DNA of 63,660 bases, counting the filler, from Lenisia limosa (Eukaryota; Protista; Breviatea), in the NCBI GenBank assembly GCA_001655205.1. It is 15 parts of 15 records of this genome, joined end to end, with 100 filler letters (N's around TTAATTAATTAA, not from the genome) between each part and the next. Parts side by side here need not be neighbours in the genome. Positions count along the whole stretch, not along the records: positions 22,127 to 34,141 come from LPNZ01011298.1; positions 34,242 to 35,681 come from LPNZ01001988.1; positions 35,782 to 37,730 come from LPNZ01006345.1; positions 37,831 to 49,886 come from LPNZ01010315.1; 11 more parts are not named here. One strand, given 5' to 3'. Position numbers and translations under genes: made by a program. Below are positions 26,867 to 40,070 of the stretch, piece by piece; within the stretch, counting starts at the first letter, position 1; each line of letters opens with the position of its first letter. The notes beneath the pieces are model-generated. The model saw nothing but the letters and a program-made list of their open reading frames with translations, was not told the origin of the DNA and did not search any database.

Positions 26867-28861
26867 GATTGCGTGACAAACAACACAAAAAAAAAATTGT
26901 AAAAAGCACATGCTGAAATTAGGACTTAAAAGAGATGATTCTGAAAAATGAAATGTCATTTAGATTCATGTCATACCACTTTCTTAATTGAAATCAACCT
27001 GATAAATATAATCAACCATTAAAAATACATTTCCCCCCCCCCNNNNNNNNNNNNNNNNNNNNNNNNNNNNNNNNNNNNNNNNNNNNNNNNNNNNNNNNNN
27101 NNNNNNNNNNNNNNNNNNNNNNNNNNNNNNNNNNNNNNNNNNNNNNNNNNNNNNNNGATTGGTAAGAAAACAATCATTACTACTATCCCTCAACTATGAA
27201 ACCATCTTACAAAATCAAGAAATCATGTCATAAAAAAGCAAGATATAAATATGTCCCATTTCAAAAACAAGTTACCGAGCAAATACTAAAACAAAAATTG
27301 TGTTATGGCCTTATACTGTGGGAGTATCGCCGAAAATTAAAACACCCTCAACATCCATAATAGACCCATGCTCACCTGGTACTGAAAGATCTGACATTGT
27401 TTTCCCAAATTCTGGAATAAATTTCAAATATAAACTTATTGCAGGTAAGGAAAGAGGGAGAAGAGGAAATAAATTTTTGTGAAAAGAGTATAGTAATCAA
27501 TTCCAATCAAATTTAAATAGACAAAATGAAAAAAAACCCGCTGATTTTACTTCTTTAGATATGTTTGTGTTAGTATTTACGTAAGAGAAGAATGCTCAAC
27601 CCAGTTAAGACCAAGCAGGCGAAGATAGTGATATCTCAGCCTATCGTCAGAGACTACTACAAGGCTGAGCGGCCTCGTAGTCCGCTCTTTCCTGCTGATG
27701 GCCGACGAAACAGGGACCAGGTCACGCAACGCCCTTCCCAGGCCTTAGTTGATAAAGTCGTGGTATGGGGACAGGCCCTTCTTATGATCATTGTTCCCAC
27801 TCTTCTCATAGTTGCTTTGGATGGGTAGAAATATGGTTAATAATTGAAAGAAAATATTTTTTTATGAGGTTTACCTGCGGTCTTGAGTTTGACATGTATG
27901 AATTCCTCAATGTTATGATCTGACAAACTACGTGCGGGTGTAATAGCATACCTCCCTGTGGATCGTTGTTTAATGAAACAAAATGTAATATCAATCTAAA
28001 CTACGGTTTTTTTACTTCGAAGGATCGGCTTGTGGACGACTTACTTCAGACCTCTGAGCTACGATGGAAGGACAAACAGGTCAGAGCGGTGCCTTATGAC
28101 AGAGTCATAGACCATAGAGGGGGGGGGTAGCTGAAAATGAGCTTCTTGTAACAGAGGGATGATTCAGATGAATTAGCTCAATTTTTTGTGTCTTAATAAC
28201 ACAACGAGCTAATGATACAATATGACGTTGTATCAGCCTTTTCTCCGTGTTTAAACAGCCTTCCATCCAGCAAGTTCAGCTCTAACTTTGCAGGAGTTTA
28301 TGCAGCGTTTTGCAGAAGACGTTCTTTCCCCCTATCTCGGACGAACGCCTCTTGATATCCTTGATCCTCAGTAGGCCAAATGGGGGATAAAGAGGGAACA
28401 ATTGTGGAAACTGAGCAAGGGCTCACTGTTATTCTTGAAATTGATAAACCCTGCTGAGGTACCCAAAAGACCTCAATTCACAAAATGTAAACAGTAATGC
28501 TTTGGAGTGTAGGGAAGCACCAGGTAGATATTTTGGTCTCTGTTGTTATTTTAACTGAGCTACCTACACACTTTCACGTTTTTTTTTTACGTACATTATA
28601 CATCGACCTACATATCATATGTATAGGGCTTAAACAAAAAACCGGTAAATATTGATATTTATCGATATTTTATTGAGAAACTCAGTATATTTTGCGACCT
28701 CTGGGAAGCCATACTTACGCACCTAAACAACTTTGATATCCTAGGTGTTTGTTCCAGTCAAGCATCCCCATCTTAACCCCATAATTCTCATTTACCCCGA
28801 CCCGTGTTTAGGGCCTTTTTTTCTCTCATAAATTTCCAATCTCACCCCCCACCCCACCTAG

Positions 28862-29500
28862 ATTAAACCCCAGTGACACTCCCATTGTCCGAGCTAGAAT
28901 TACTGCCCGAATCCAGGAGCTGACCCAGGCCGTGTACGATGATGCGGCTGTCAAGCTACAGGGTTGGCGGATACTCATGGTGTTTGCAGGTCTTTTGTTG
29001 TGGACAGTAACGGTCGATCTCTTTGATCCAAGCTTTCTGCAAAAACAAGACACCCCATGTTTTTTTCGTTTTTTCGTTTTTTATAACCCCTTCATATTGC
29101 TTGTTCTAATATGTCATTTCTTATCACAAAAACCTGGGGTATCGCTTCATCCATAAACACACTAGACCTTGAGGCTCGAGGCATCTTCGACCACGAAACA
29201 AACGTGATGCGTCTGCGCGCGTGGGCTCGAGTGCAGCTCGCCCGAAGGTGGGTTGAGGGTATGATGCTAGGGCACACATTCGAGATTCCCTCTGATCCCA
29301 AAAAAACGGTGAATTTTCGTTGTAACACGAATATGCAGATAGAGGGAAACAAGATCAGTACAATAAGGTTGTTGAGAGATATGAAGACATTAACAGATTG
29401 CTTTAGGATTGCACCGCCACGCATCCTTAGGGAAACCGTACAGGGACTTTTGGCCGAACAGAAGCTCACTGCTGAGAAAGATAGAAAAACAACTGATATG
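28862..29500 (+). CDS. Multi-exon gene, unknown product
   Basis: Phase-compatible exons LNPSDTPIVRARITARIQELTQAVYDDAAVKLQ | DLEARGIFDHETNVMRLRAWARVQLAR. Confidence 0.4.
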
Positions 29501-31869
29501 CTTATTGGTGAGGGCGAGTGGGGGATTGAAATTCACAGATATTGGCTGGGGGGCATAAATAATTACAATTTTTAGATATGGGCGCTTTAAAGTGTGGTTT
29601 ACGTCCTCACCTGGAAAATAGATGAAAATGGAGGGGGGGCTGTGGTACTCTATTTTCTAACACATGAAGCTGCAGAAAAAGCCAAACACGCACCCAAATC
29701 ATCCGAGCCAAAGAGCAACGAAGGTTTGCCTTGGATATTTCAGCAATATATTGGTGGGGCTTCAGTACGGCTCTAAGGCAGCAACTTTGCTATGATATGT
29801 GACTATTATCCAAGAATCAATGTCTCTTAATAATGTTATCGCCTTTTTTCTCATTTGTACTCATCTTTGAAAACGTGATATAAAACACGACAAATAAGTT
29901 TCAGTGCAAGACAGCAGCAATTCCTAGAACTTCTTGTTTTTTATTGGGAAGGAATGGCTTTTGAACACCAAAATATGACACCTTACCATGGCTTTAGAAC
30001 CCCCAATAGATGACAGTGCGGAAAAAGAAAAGCCAAAGCCCCAGCAGAAACCTGCAGGCACACCCCGAAAAGTGGTTTCGGAGTTTCCGGATCCACCACC
30101 TGTGACGAATAGGCTCAGACTTAAGAAAGTCAATTTGCAGCAAAGTTGGTGATGGATTGATTTTTTAACTTTGATCTTTTTTCCTCCCGATACTATTTGT
30201 TTTTCATTTCTCAATTCTACATGTCATCATTAATTGTCATCTCTCAAAATCAAATTGTTGAGAGTTTAGATCCCATTAACTTCAACAGAACCCCTAGATG
30301 AGAAGCCCTGGAGGATTGATGAACTTGCTGAATTGCACCGGAAACACAGCACAGGAATTGTTATAGGTGGGCGGCCGGGGGGGGGGGTACTAACTCAAAA
30401 TAGCTTAAAAACTAAGCTTAAGTCGTATTTTTCCAGAAGAGAATTGGAGTTAATGACTTTCATTTTGGAGCCGAGAACCGAAAACTGATTAGAACTTTAC
30501 TGTAAGACCTGACACGATTGACTAAAGCTCATTATTCTTGTCAAGACTTAGCGCAGTCAGTTTATGATTGTATGTATATATACCCTAAAATCTTATTTCA
30601 ATCTCAGAATCTATACCATCTTCCAATTTTGGTGCGTATTTAGTTAGTAATACAGTAGACACGTGAATCCAAAGTCGATGCGTCGTATCAAAACTAAAAG
30701 ATATAAACCCTTTTTCATTAGAATAAAAGTGATAACCGTTTGGCAGGTTCTGGCCAGCCTAGAACAGAAATGAGGATTTTCAATTTGCCCTCCTGACATA
30801 CCAGGTGCTCCAAAGAAGCAGAAAACGAGTGTCCCACTCCCCTCAAAGCCCTATGTCCCAAAGGAACTCAGACGGCAGCCCACCCACCCCCCGGCCGCCA
30901 AGCCAAGAAGAGTGAGTTGTGGGCCTGCCTTTGGTCACTAAAAGGAAGACCTGGATGGGGGTGTCTGGTTTTTGGGAAGGCTAATTTCGGTGAATTGAGG
31001 CCTGCTGTTTCGTATGCTGACCATATCATATCTTGTTTGGAACAAGCAATAATATATGATATCATATGTAGTATTAACAATCTTAGGAAACAAATTTTTG
31101 TCCTTATGGACTTCTAATATATGGAACAAACAAATATCAGTATCTGTGAATTTAGAAATAATAAACTGAGCATCTGGCCGAAGCAGTCTTCTTAATCACG
31201 GTAATATAACTTCACCCAATCATTTGCAAACAACGTGATATACATGTAACATGATTGTAGGGCCGACGAATGTCTGTGGTGTCGTGGAGTGATCTAAGTG
31301 ATCTACAGAATCGTTTGGCACTTCCGGTGGGGATTGTTGCTTAAACGGTATCAGAATCAGACTTTTACTTACCTTATAAGAGTTTTTTGTTTTCTAATTT
31401 CGACCTTAACTGACTTTTTTCAGAAGGATGCGTCAGAACCTGCCCCCCTCTCGCGCACCACATCTAAACGTATGGAGGGTGGGGTGTGTTTCATGAAAGT
31501 TGATACATTTTGAACCAAAATTAGAATGGAACCAATTCTGTTGGGTTGAGATTATGGGAGAGTAGTTGAGCTTACCTTTTAATAATTCAGAATCAGTGAG
31601 CTCAATGCACAGTACCCCTTCAAGGTATCGAAGGCCTGATGATCATTCTCTCCCAACGTCCCAGCCAATTACCCCGTCTACATCCTATTCACAAATGGTT
31701 GGCTCACATTCTTTCTTTTGAAGTACAGACTACATGTAAATCATATGAGGAACCTAGTAACCATTCCATCCATTATTCCCTCTTGGTTAATTGTTTTCAT
31801 GATCATATCAGATATTATTTTCACGTTTATGAACTTCACCACCCCCCTCTCCTTATTCCAATATACCTT

Positions 31870-31953
31870 GGGCTTCGCTACGGTCGGAACCAAACCGTTT
31901 ATAGAATATTTATCGAGGATTCATAGAGAAATTCAGACCGTAGGGAAGCCCTA
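31870..31953. mobile_element. MITE family A variant
   Basis: GGGCTTCGCTACGGTC...GACCGTAGGGAAGCCC-TA (16-bp TIR, 1 mismatch). Confidence 0.7.
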
Positions 31954-32257
31954 ATCTTACCCCCTCACCAAGCAACTGGTCTGACGTTGTTTCTATCAAC
32001 CCCCACAACCCCCTTGACTCCCAAAGTACTCACCTCCCAGACACCCGAAAAGTCCCGTGTCGGCCGCGACCGCACTGATTCCCGTCTGAGCACTCACTCC
32101 GAACGCACATCCACACCGCCGGATGCCAGGCCTGAATGTAGGGGGGGGGGGTAGACATGAATCGAAATATTGCTGCATATTCAGTTTGATCCTACGTTCA
32201 ATGTTTCCGTTTAACTGTCCGCTTACATCACTGGTCAGTTCGCATTTGTTCCATGTA

Positions 32258-32348
32258 TCACTTTGGTTCCAAAAAAACCGGGAAATATCGAATGTTTTTG
32301 GGGATTAATCGAGAATGTAGTCTTTCTTTGAACCGAAGTGAAGCCCGA
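32258..32348. mobile_element. MITE family A copy
   Basis: TCACTTTGGTTC...GAACCGAAGTGAAGCCC. Another copy at 32928-33010; degenerate or partial copies near 15770-15830, 16195-16270, 28624-28700, 34590-34675, 35421-35500, 50420-50460, 51447-51535. Confidence 0.65.
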
Positions 32349-32734
32349 TATATCACCTTTCAGCGCGATCGTCTTCGCTGCATGTGGATGAGGAAGTAGC
32401 CGCCGCAAATAATCTGACGTGGGGGGGGGGGGGCNNNNNNNNNNNNNNNNNNNNNNNNNNNNNNNNNNNNNNNNNNNNNNNNNNNNNNNNNNNNNNNNNN
32501 NNNNNNNNNNNNNNNNNNNNNNNNACCGAAAATGAAGTCATACTATCATACCCCTGACACCCCTCAGGCCAGTTGACAGTGGTGATGAGGCTGAAAGCGA
32601 ATCAGAGCCTGTTGATGCTCCGTATGCTCTCTGGGGATTCTGTGTAAATGATTTACACTAGCTTTTCAATCTATCTGTTTTTTTGAAAAAAAAGCAGAGA
32701 ATGGGAGAGTTCATAGATTCTCGAAAATATTATC

Positions 32735-32810
32735 ATTACCATCACTCTCATCATCATTATCAACATCAACATCACCATCATCATCGTCATCATCATCATC
32801 ATCACCCAAC
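32735..32810. repeat. (CAT/CAC)n microsatellite
   Basis: Directly visible; produces the poly-His and poly-Met ORFs in the track. Confidence 0.9.
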
Positions 32811-35800
32811 AGGCCATCGCCAATTCAGCGCAATGCATCTCGCGTGTCGCAATCATCGCTTGCAAGCTCGGTAAGGCCTTTGAAGGTTGTTGAAGATCAT
32901 TTTTTGTACAATACGTTGTTAACTTGTGCTTCACTCCAGCATGAAAACGACTGGTAAAATATCGAATTCATCGATGATTTTTCAAGAAATTGTTGAACCG
33001 GAGTGAAGCCTTTGTGTTAACATACGATAGAGACCTGTCACATCCTTCCAGAAAATGTTCACCACCTTTCATTGACATGTTTTTTTACCCATACAGCCAC
33101 TGGAATAACCCCTAGACTGGTCTGCAGAAGCGTTTGGCCTGGGCTTTGTTTGTTTTGTTGTTCTCAACCCTAGCGTGCTGCAAGCCAATAGATTGTTTTG
33201 TTTCAACAATTTTCTAATTTTATACCCCCAGACGGCCCCGTCTCTCGGCATTACGGGCCTCAGGAGGAGGAGGAGGAAGAAGACGTGGTGGGATAAAGGT
33301 AAAGGGGTAGGTCGTCTCTTGTGCAGGGCAAAATCGAATCTTGTGTAATGTAATACAACGGGTTTTTTTTTGGTTTTTTGAATTCTCTAAATAAATATTT
33401 ATTATTCTTTTTCCCATCCCTTTACCCCCTCTGACTTCCAGTACCCGACATGAACTCGCGACAGATCTTAGATCTGGATGACTCGGATGAGGGCGACATC
33501 CTCATCAACAACGAATATGATGAGGTGGGGGGTATACCAGCAATATTGAATAATGTTATAGATTGAAATTATGATATTGAATTATTCCATCAATCCTCCG
33601 AGACAATTTCATTTTTCAGTGTTTGACGATTTCCTTACTTACGACTTAGGCCAATTTCTTGTTAGCCATGGGCAACGATCATCCCTTATTGCGGGCGACG
33701 ATGTCAATTTCCCCCCAAGTTTGAGGGAAGTACTTGGTGCCAGTGTAGGTGATGAGTCATTGTGAATTGAGAGAACACAATCACGTGTCACACCACAATA
33801 TCACAAAGAAGGAAGTTAGAATATTTGTGTGCAATAACAAGAATAACCATCTATGGTTTTTTTTTTTTGTATTTATCAAGTTTTTACACTCACCTAAAGA
33901 GTGAGGTCCATCTAATACTCAATGTCGATTAGTGAGATTAAAGTCTAATATTCTGTCTGTTTCAAGCAGCTCAACCATTATTCTCATAAAACGTTTCCTT
34001 TCCTCATACACCCCAGCCTCCGTCCACAACGCCCGGGATGTTAACCCCCCACAAGTCGAGGATTCAAGAGGCTGCAATGGCGGGCCTCCCCATTCAGCAG
34101 AACCTCCTGCGGCCGCCTACACCCTCCCCGGGACCGTCTGANNNNNNNNNNNNNNNNNNNNNNNNNNNNNNNNNNNNNNNNNNNNTTAATTAATTAANNN
34201 NNNNNNNNNNNNNNNNNNNNNNNNNNNNNNNNNNNNNNNNNTATGTATGAAATCGTGCGTGTAAGAAAACAGTTATGGAATATTACTTGTATGAATGTGT
34301 CGAAAATGTGTACTAAATGTGAACAAAATATGAACAGATAAAAAACCGTACACAGACCCCACCCGTGAGTCGGAAGTCATGTTATACAGAAGCGTTTTGA
34401 CGACAGTGCTGTCCTCATATTGCCCTGGTGCTGGAGCGGGGGGCTGAGGGAAGGCAGTAGGTCTGGAAAATGAGAAGATGATATCTATCCCTTTCTAACT
34501 ATTTCGTAACTACTGGGTTAATTTGTCTGTTTTGTTTCTCTATTCAAAAACCAGTATTTTACTCCCCTCTTCTCCCAATCCAGCTAAGAGAAGAAAAGTT
34601 CGGTAAACAATCGAAATATATATCGAAGATTTATCGAGAAATTGTGTCTTTTTTTCGAACCGAAGTACAGCCCCACATCCCCCAGCATACCCCAATCCAG
34701 GGCTATCACAAGGCAGTCTACCAGGGAAAAGGTTCCCAGAAGAGTTATCGCTGTCACTGTAGCGTAACCTGTTGTTGTAGGTTAAGGAAGGGGGAGGAAA
34801 AGGGTATTAATGTTAATAGGTTTATGAGACTGAACTGAATTTGGCTAAACAGTTAAACATCGGATTAAACAAATGGTTGAGCTACTAAGCCTGAAGAAAC
34901 ATCACTATAGCGTAACCTGATTTGTAGGTTAAATACAAGGGAAAGGAAGTGATATCATTGTTTCATTATCTGTTACTCACCAAAATAATCACTACCACCA
35001 TCATCATCATCATTTCCAAACCTTGGAGGCGGGGAATGAAACGGCGTTGGTAATCCGGGCGACTTTCGCTCGACAATTGAAGGGACGTCTGGAGGGTAGC
35101 TGACGTTGGTAGCTGAAAACGGCTCTGTTTTGAGCTCAGACTCAACCATATCTGCGGAATAAGGGGTGGAAAGAGAAACTTTGAAGCAAAAACCAAACGA
35201 ATAATAAAAAATAATAATAAAAAAAGAATTCTGAGAAGTAAACAACCAACCATGATCGGAATGGGAGGATGCCTCAACTGGCTCAGCTGAGAAGACAAGT
35301 TTAGGAATCTTCTGGAAGGAGGAGGGGGAGTGAGATGTATGCAACAAAAACATACAAGCCCAAATAAAAAAATTACAATCTTCTGGAAAGGGGGTAATTA
35401 TATGTATGATATACATTTATGTCTTCACTTCGGTTCAAAAAAGACCGGTAAAATATTGATATTTTTCGAGAATTTATCGAGAAATGCAGGATTTTTGAAC
35501 CTTTTCTCTAGATATGATAAGACGCTCCCCTCACAGTTGCGCTGTAGTTTTCGGGTGTCGAGGGAACAACTGACAGAGTGAAGGGAGCAAGTGGAGATGG
35601 CAATAATAATAGGATGTACATGTCCGAAGCCGTTCACACCATCAGGCAGTTCGTCATCAAAAGGAGAAAAAAAAAAAAAAANNNNNNNNNNNNNNNNNNN
35701 NNNNNNNNNNNNNNNNNNNNNNNNNTTAATTAATTAANNNNNNNNNNNNNNNNNNNNNNNNNNNNNNNNNNNNNNNNNNNNTTCTCCCTAGTTTGGACAG

Positions 35801-38800
35801 TGCAGTGGTGGATCGAATGCGAGAGGAAAGTTCTCTGTCAGAAGACAGCGAGCTAGAAGTTGACATGGACCTTTTGAAGGACTGTCTTGTGTCTCAGGAA
35901 GTTGATCGTTGAGGGGGGCTGATTTCAATGTTTATGATGATGAGGCAAATGATTGGGGGAATTAATATTATACTCTAATTCAATATCTATTATAAGCGTG
36001 ATGGACGGCTTCGGCCAGATNNNNNNNNNNNNNNNNNNNNNNNNNNNNNNNNNNNNNNNNNNNNNNNNNNNNNNNNNNNNNNNNNNNNNNNNNNNNNNNN
36101 NNNNNNNNNNNNNNNNNNNNNNNNNNNNNNNNNNNNNNNNNNNNNNNNNNNNNNNNNNNNNNNNNNNNNNNNNNNNNNATATGATGAAGGGGTCTTGTTT
36201 AGATATTATTATTGAAAGGAGGGTCTTCTTTCACTGTTAAGTATGGCGGCCTTTGTTTCCAGCCCTCGTGTGTTTCTAGCCAAGAGAGCTGATTTTGGGC
36301 TTTTTTTATTTTATCCATTTTCCATTTTCACTGTTTGTAGAGTACGTACCGCCCCCAGTGTCAATGCAACCAAAGGTAAGCAATCACTTCCTCGTCTCCT
36401 ACGGAGTGATGGGATGCGGNNNNNNNNNNNNNNNNNNNNNNNNNNNNNNNNNNNNNNNNNNNNNNNNNNNNNNNNNNNNNNNNNNNNNNNNNNNNNNNNN
36501 NNNNNNNNNNNNNNNNNNNNNNNNNNNNNNNNNNNNNNNNNNNNNNNNNNNNNNNNNNNNNNNNNNNNNNNNNNNNNNNNNNNNNNAGATTTCATACGAT
36601 TTTCTTTTTCACGGAACTCTTTGATTCTTTGTTTTCTCCCTGGGCTTTCTTGCTTTCTTTTGTTTTCCAATCAAAAACTGTATTTTACATACAACCTTCG
36701 TGTTGTCAGCCAACAGAATTTATTTTGAGCTTTTTTTTGCCTACTACCTTTATGGCAATATGCTTCATCGAAATTTCCTTCGTTTTACACCCCCNNNNNN
36801 NNNNNNNNNNNNNNNNNNNNNNNNNNNNNNNNNNNNNNNNNNNNNNNNNNNNNNNNNNNNNNNNNNNNNNNNNNNNNNNNNNNNNNNNTTTCAACTTCCC
36901 CAAACACCACCAAACACCCATCGGAGCTGCACCGGGACCCCACGTACGCTTTATTTTAAATATCAGATAATATAAAACATACGATATGCAGTGACCGGGA
37001 TAATTCTTGACCTCTTTTCCTTGGAAAATCGTAGCAAATCAGTCAAGACTTATCTCGGTAACTATATATGTACTATATAGCTACATACATACTGTATAGT
37101 ATGATATTATATATGATCTGATATGATATGATATATGTATCATAATCAATATATCATTATACTACTTAGTATGGTATGGAACTCATCAAGAGACTACGAG
37201 TAATTATATAATATAGTTGACAATATATGCAAATGCACATGATATTTTAAGTAGATAAAGATATAAAGGAATGTCCTTATGCACATTTTCTAATATTTTC
37301 GATTACTCTCGATAAATATCGATGTTACAAAGCTCAGCTCTATGCTTGGTGTTAACGCTCCAGTACTCTGGAAATAACTTCGCCAGGAAAACGCAGCCCC
37401 CGGGGGAGTACCCCTAGGTTATCTTCCCCCCAGTCAATCTGACGATCTTGGTGATCAGAACAGTAAAAATGAGCAACAGTGGGAAGGGGGAGGGGTGCTG
37501 GATAACTCGGCCTTGGCGTCCACGCAACCTGTACTTTGTGACGCACTGGTTGTGATTAATCCTCACGGATATTGAGCTTCCTCTTTAGGCACACACTGAC
37601 CGCGATAAGTCCTAACACGCGAAGACGCTGACTCAATTTCAAATAGTCTATTTGGGAAAATTACTGGGGTTATTGTGATTAAATACAACGCATGTACACT
37701 GTTCACGATAAGTCCTGACACGGATATTGGNNNNNNNNNNNNNNNNNNNNNNNNNNNNNNNNNNNNNNNNNNNNTTAATTAATTAANNNNNNNNNNNNNN
37801 NNNNNNNNNNNNNNNNNNNNNNNNNNNNNNCTTTCATTAACTTCAACTGTTACGATCATTTTTTACACGGTTTTTCTAACTATTTCGCTGTGGTCATTTG
37901 TTTTTTTCTGTTGTTTGTGCCAAAAAAGCCTTAAAGCACCGATTATCTAAAAAAAAAGCACTGATATGTATATGATATATTATATATCATATGATATAAT
38001 ATATATATTGAGATCAGAAATAAAACCAGGTTGTATCTGACTGAATCAGTCCACACTTGACCCCACATTTTACCACCTTAAGGCACCCTTCCCCCCTCTT
38101 TACTCGGGGCTCTAATTCATTTACTCAGCACTATAATGCTTCCCCCTTATTTTCTTAGTAGAAATCCTTTAGTAAATATGACCTGTTTTTAGAGTGACAC
38201 TTTCTGTACCTCTGTAACCAAGCTGTTGAAAAGCCCAGATGTTTGGAACTGCGAGAACCCCCAGTCAGAATTCCGTCGACGTTGTAGGTTTTGGGAAGAA
38301 AATTCATTCACAATACAATAATATTTCAAGTGTAAGGTCTTTTTTAAGATTTGTCAAACATTCTAGAAGCTTTTGTCTATTTTCAATAGGTACCACCCTA
38401 TCTGTTTGCTTCTTCAATTGTTGAATTTTTTGAGGCAATGTTTCAATAATTAGAGTTTCAAAATTAGGTTTAGCGTGATTTAAATAGAAAGAAAACAAAA
38501 CAAAAAAGGGGAGGGATTTTCTTACGATAGAGGTACCATTATTTGTGACAAGAGATCTAACTTCTAAGCTCTCAACCGCAAATCCATTTTCCTGGATAAG
38601 GACACCGGTACTCCTCTGGTGCTTTGGGTCATGTCCAAGAAGTCTTCAGATGGTCTCTCCGTATGTGGTGTTCGTTTTGGAAATCTCTAACATATTTACA
38701 TAAAGAATGTAAAGGCAATATTTACAGAAACATTATTGATTGTATGATCAAGGGTTAAACCTATTCGGTACCCCTGCGCCAAGAACGGCATGGCCGCAGC

Positions 38801-39149
38801 CGACAGCCCCACTAGCCACCTCTCCGTCAAAGCCCTCCTTAAGTCTCTCAAACTCGCCGACTTAAAAGGGAGATATATTCTGAAACGCTACCCTTTGGTT
38901 CTTTCAAAATTTCGTTTCTCAATCAATACAGGCTGAAGAAGTCGCCGACCGCTACATCGACAATGTCTTCGAATTTGCAGACCTTGTGAAGGCAGTTACA
39001 TTCTTGAAGAGTGATGATGGGGCCGAGGCTCTTGGCCAAAAAAATAGGAATGTGATGAGAATTCAAAGATAAAGGCTTATATACTAAAGTGGACCGGCCC
39101 CAGGGCCCAAGGAGAAGAGCGTGATATTAACGGATGAATAATACACTAT

Positions 39150-40070
39150 GACTCAACAATATGAAAGCAATTTATTGAATTTATCAGCAACTGCCTTAAA
39201 CCCCAAGATGACACCTTCTTCAGTTGCAGTGTCCACACTCGAAAGGAATTAGGGAAAACGGTGAAAGGAAAAAAACACAAAAACAAATCAGGCATTTAGC
39301 CCACTAACTGTCCAACCGTTTGGTGCAAAAAGCCTTGCACCGTTCATAAAGCAACCGACAAGCTGTGATGTTCTTTCGATGGCTTCTCGACAATAAAACC
39401 TCTTCCACTCCTCTGGTATCAGCCTTCACACTATCAAGCTCACGACATGAATGAGTTATGTACTTGATGGCTCTGAGGAACTGATTGTAAACTCGGCCAT
39501 TTTGCATGGTTCTTTCAACCTTAAGAGGTCAAAAACAAAACCTGTAATGGAATGTGCTGATGTACTAACCTGACATTGCCTTTGGCGAGTAGGGTCCATC
39601 GAAGATTGCTCCATAGCTTCATTTTTCATGCTGTAGACAGTCGTTTTTCCAATAGCGAATTGAAACTGTATTGCAATTTTTTGAACAACAGAATAATCAG
39701 TATCAATCCCCTTCTAAACATGTTAATGTAAGGCTTTTCTAAACATGTTAACCTTTCAAAAATGTTCAAACGCTCTGCAGAATGTTTCTGTGTTTGGGCA
39801 AAGTGGTAACCTCAACTTCACCATGAGGAATGGCAGGAATGTAATTGGTAAATTTATTAAGATGGGCTTTCTCCTAAATGTATCAAAAACATCAAAAACT
39901 CTTACATTTTTGCTGGCAGCAACAGCGATGGCCCACTCATATTGTTAGCATTGCCAAGGAAGGTACTCTTTTTAGACATGGCCAGGTATTTCTTTCCAAA
40001 AATTATACCTCCCGCAGTGCTGGTTGACCATCTCTGTTGAGTGAGTTTAATATGAACTACAAAATCAGGG
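39150..40070 (-). CDS. Multi-exon gene or pseudogene of unknown product with very short introns
   Basis: QYEWAIAVAASKN |32-nt intron 39874-39905| EKAHLNKFTNYIPAIPHGEVE |23-nt intron 39788-39810| KHSAERLNIFE... and ...QRQCQ | VERTMQNGRVYNQFLRAIKYITHS. One junction near 39720-39750 cannot be put in frame. Confidence 0.4.

Noticed and set aside
32671-32934. Poly-His / poly-Met ORFs (also 52838-53186)
   Set aside because: Translations of CAT/GAT microsatellites with no supporting gene structure.
33691-33714. GEIDIVAR (PD-(D/E)XK/YraN-like) peptide on the minus strand
   Set aside because: Sits in a 25-codon stretch between stops with no E.K motif following and no usable splice sites.
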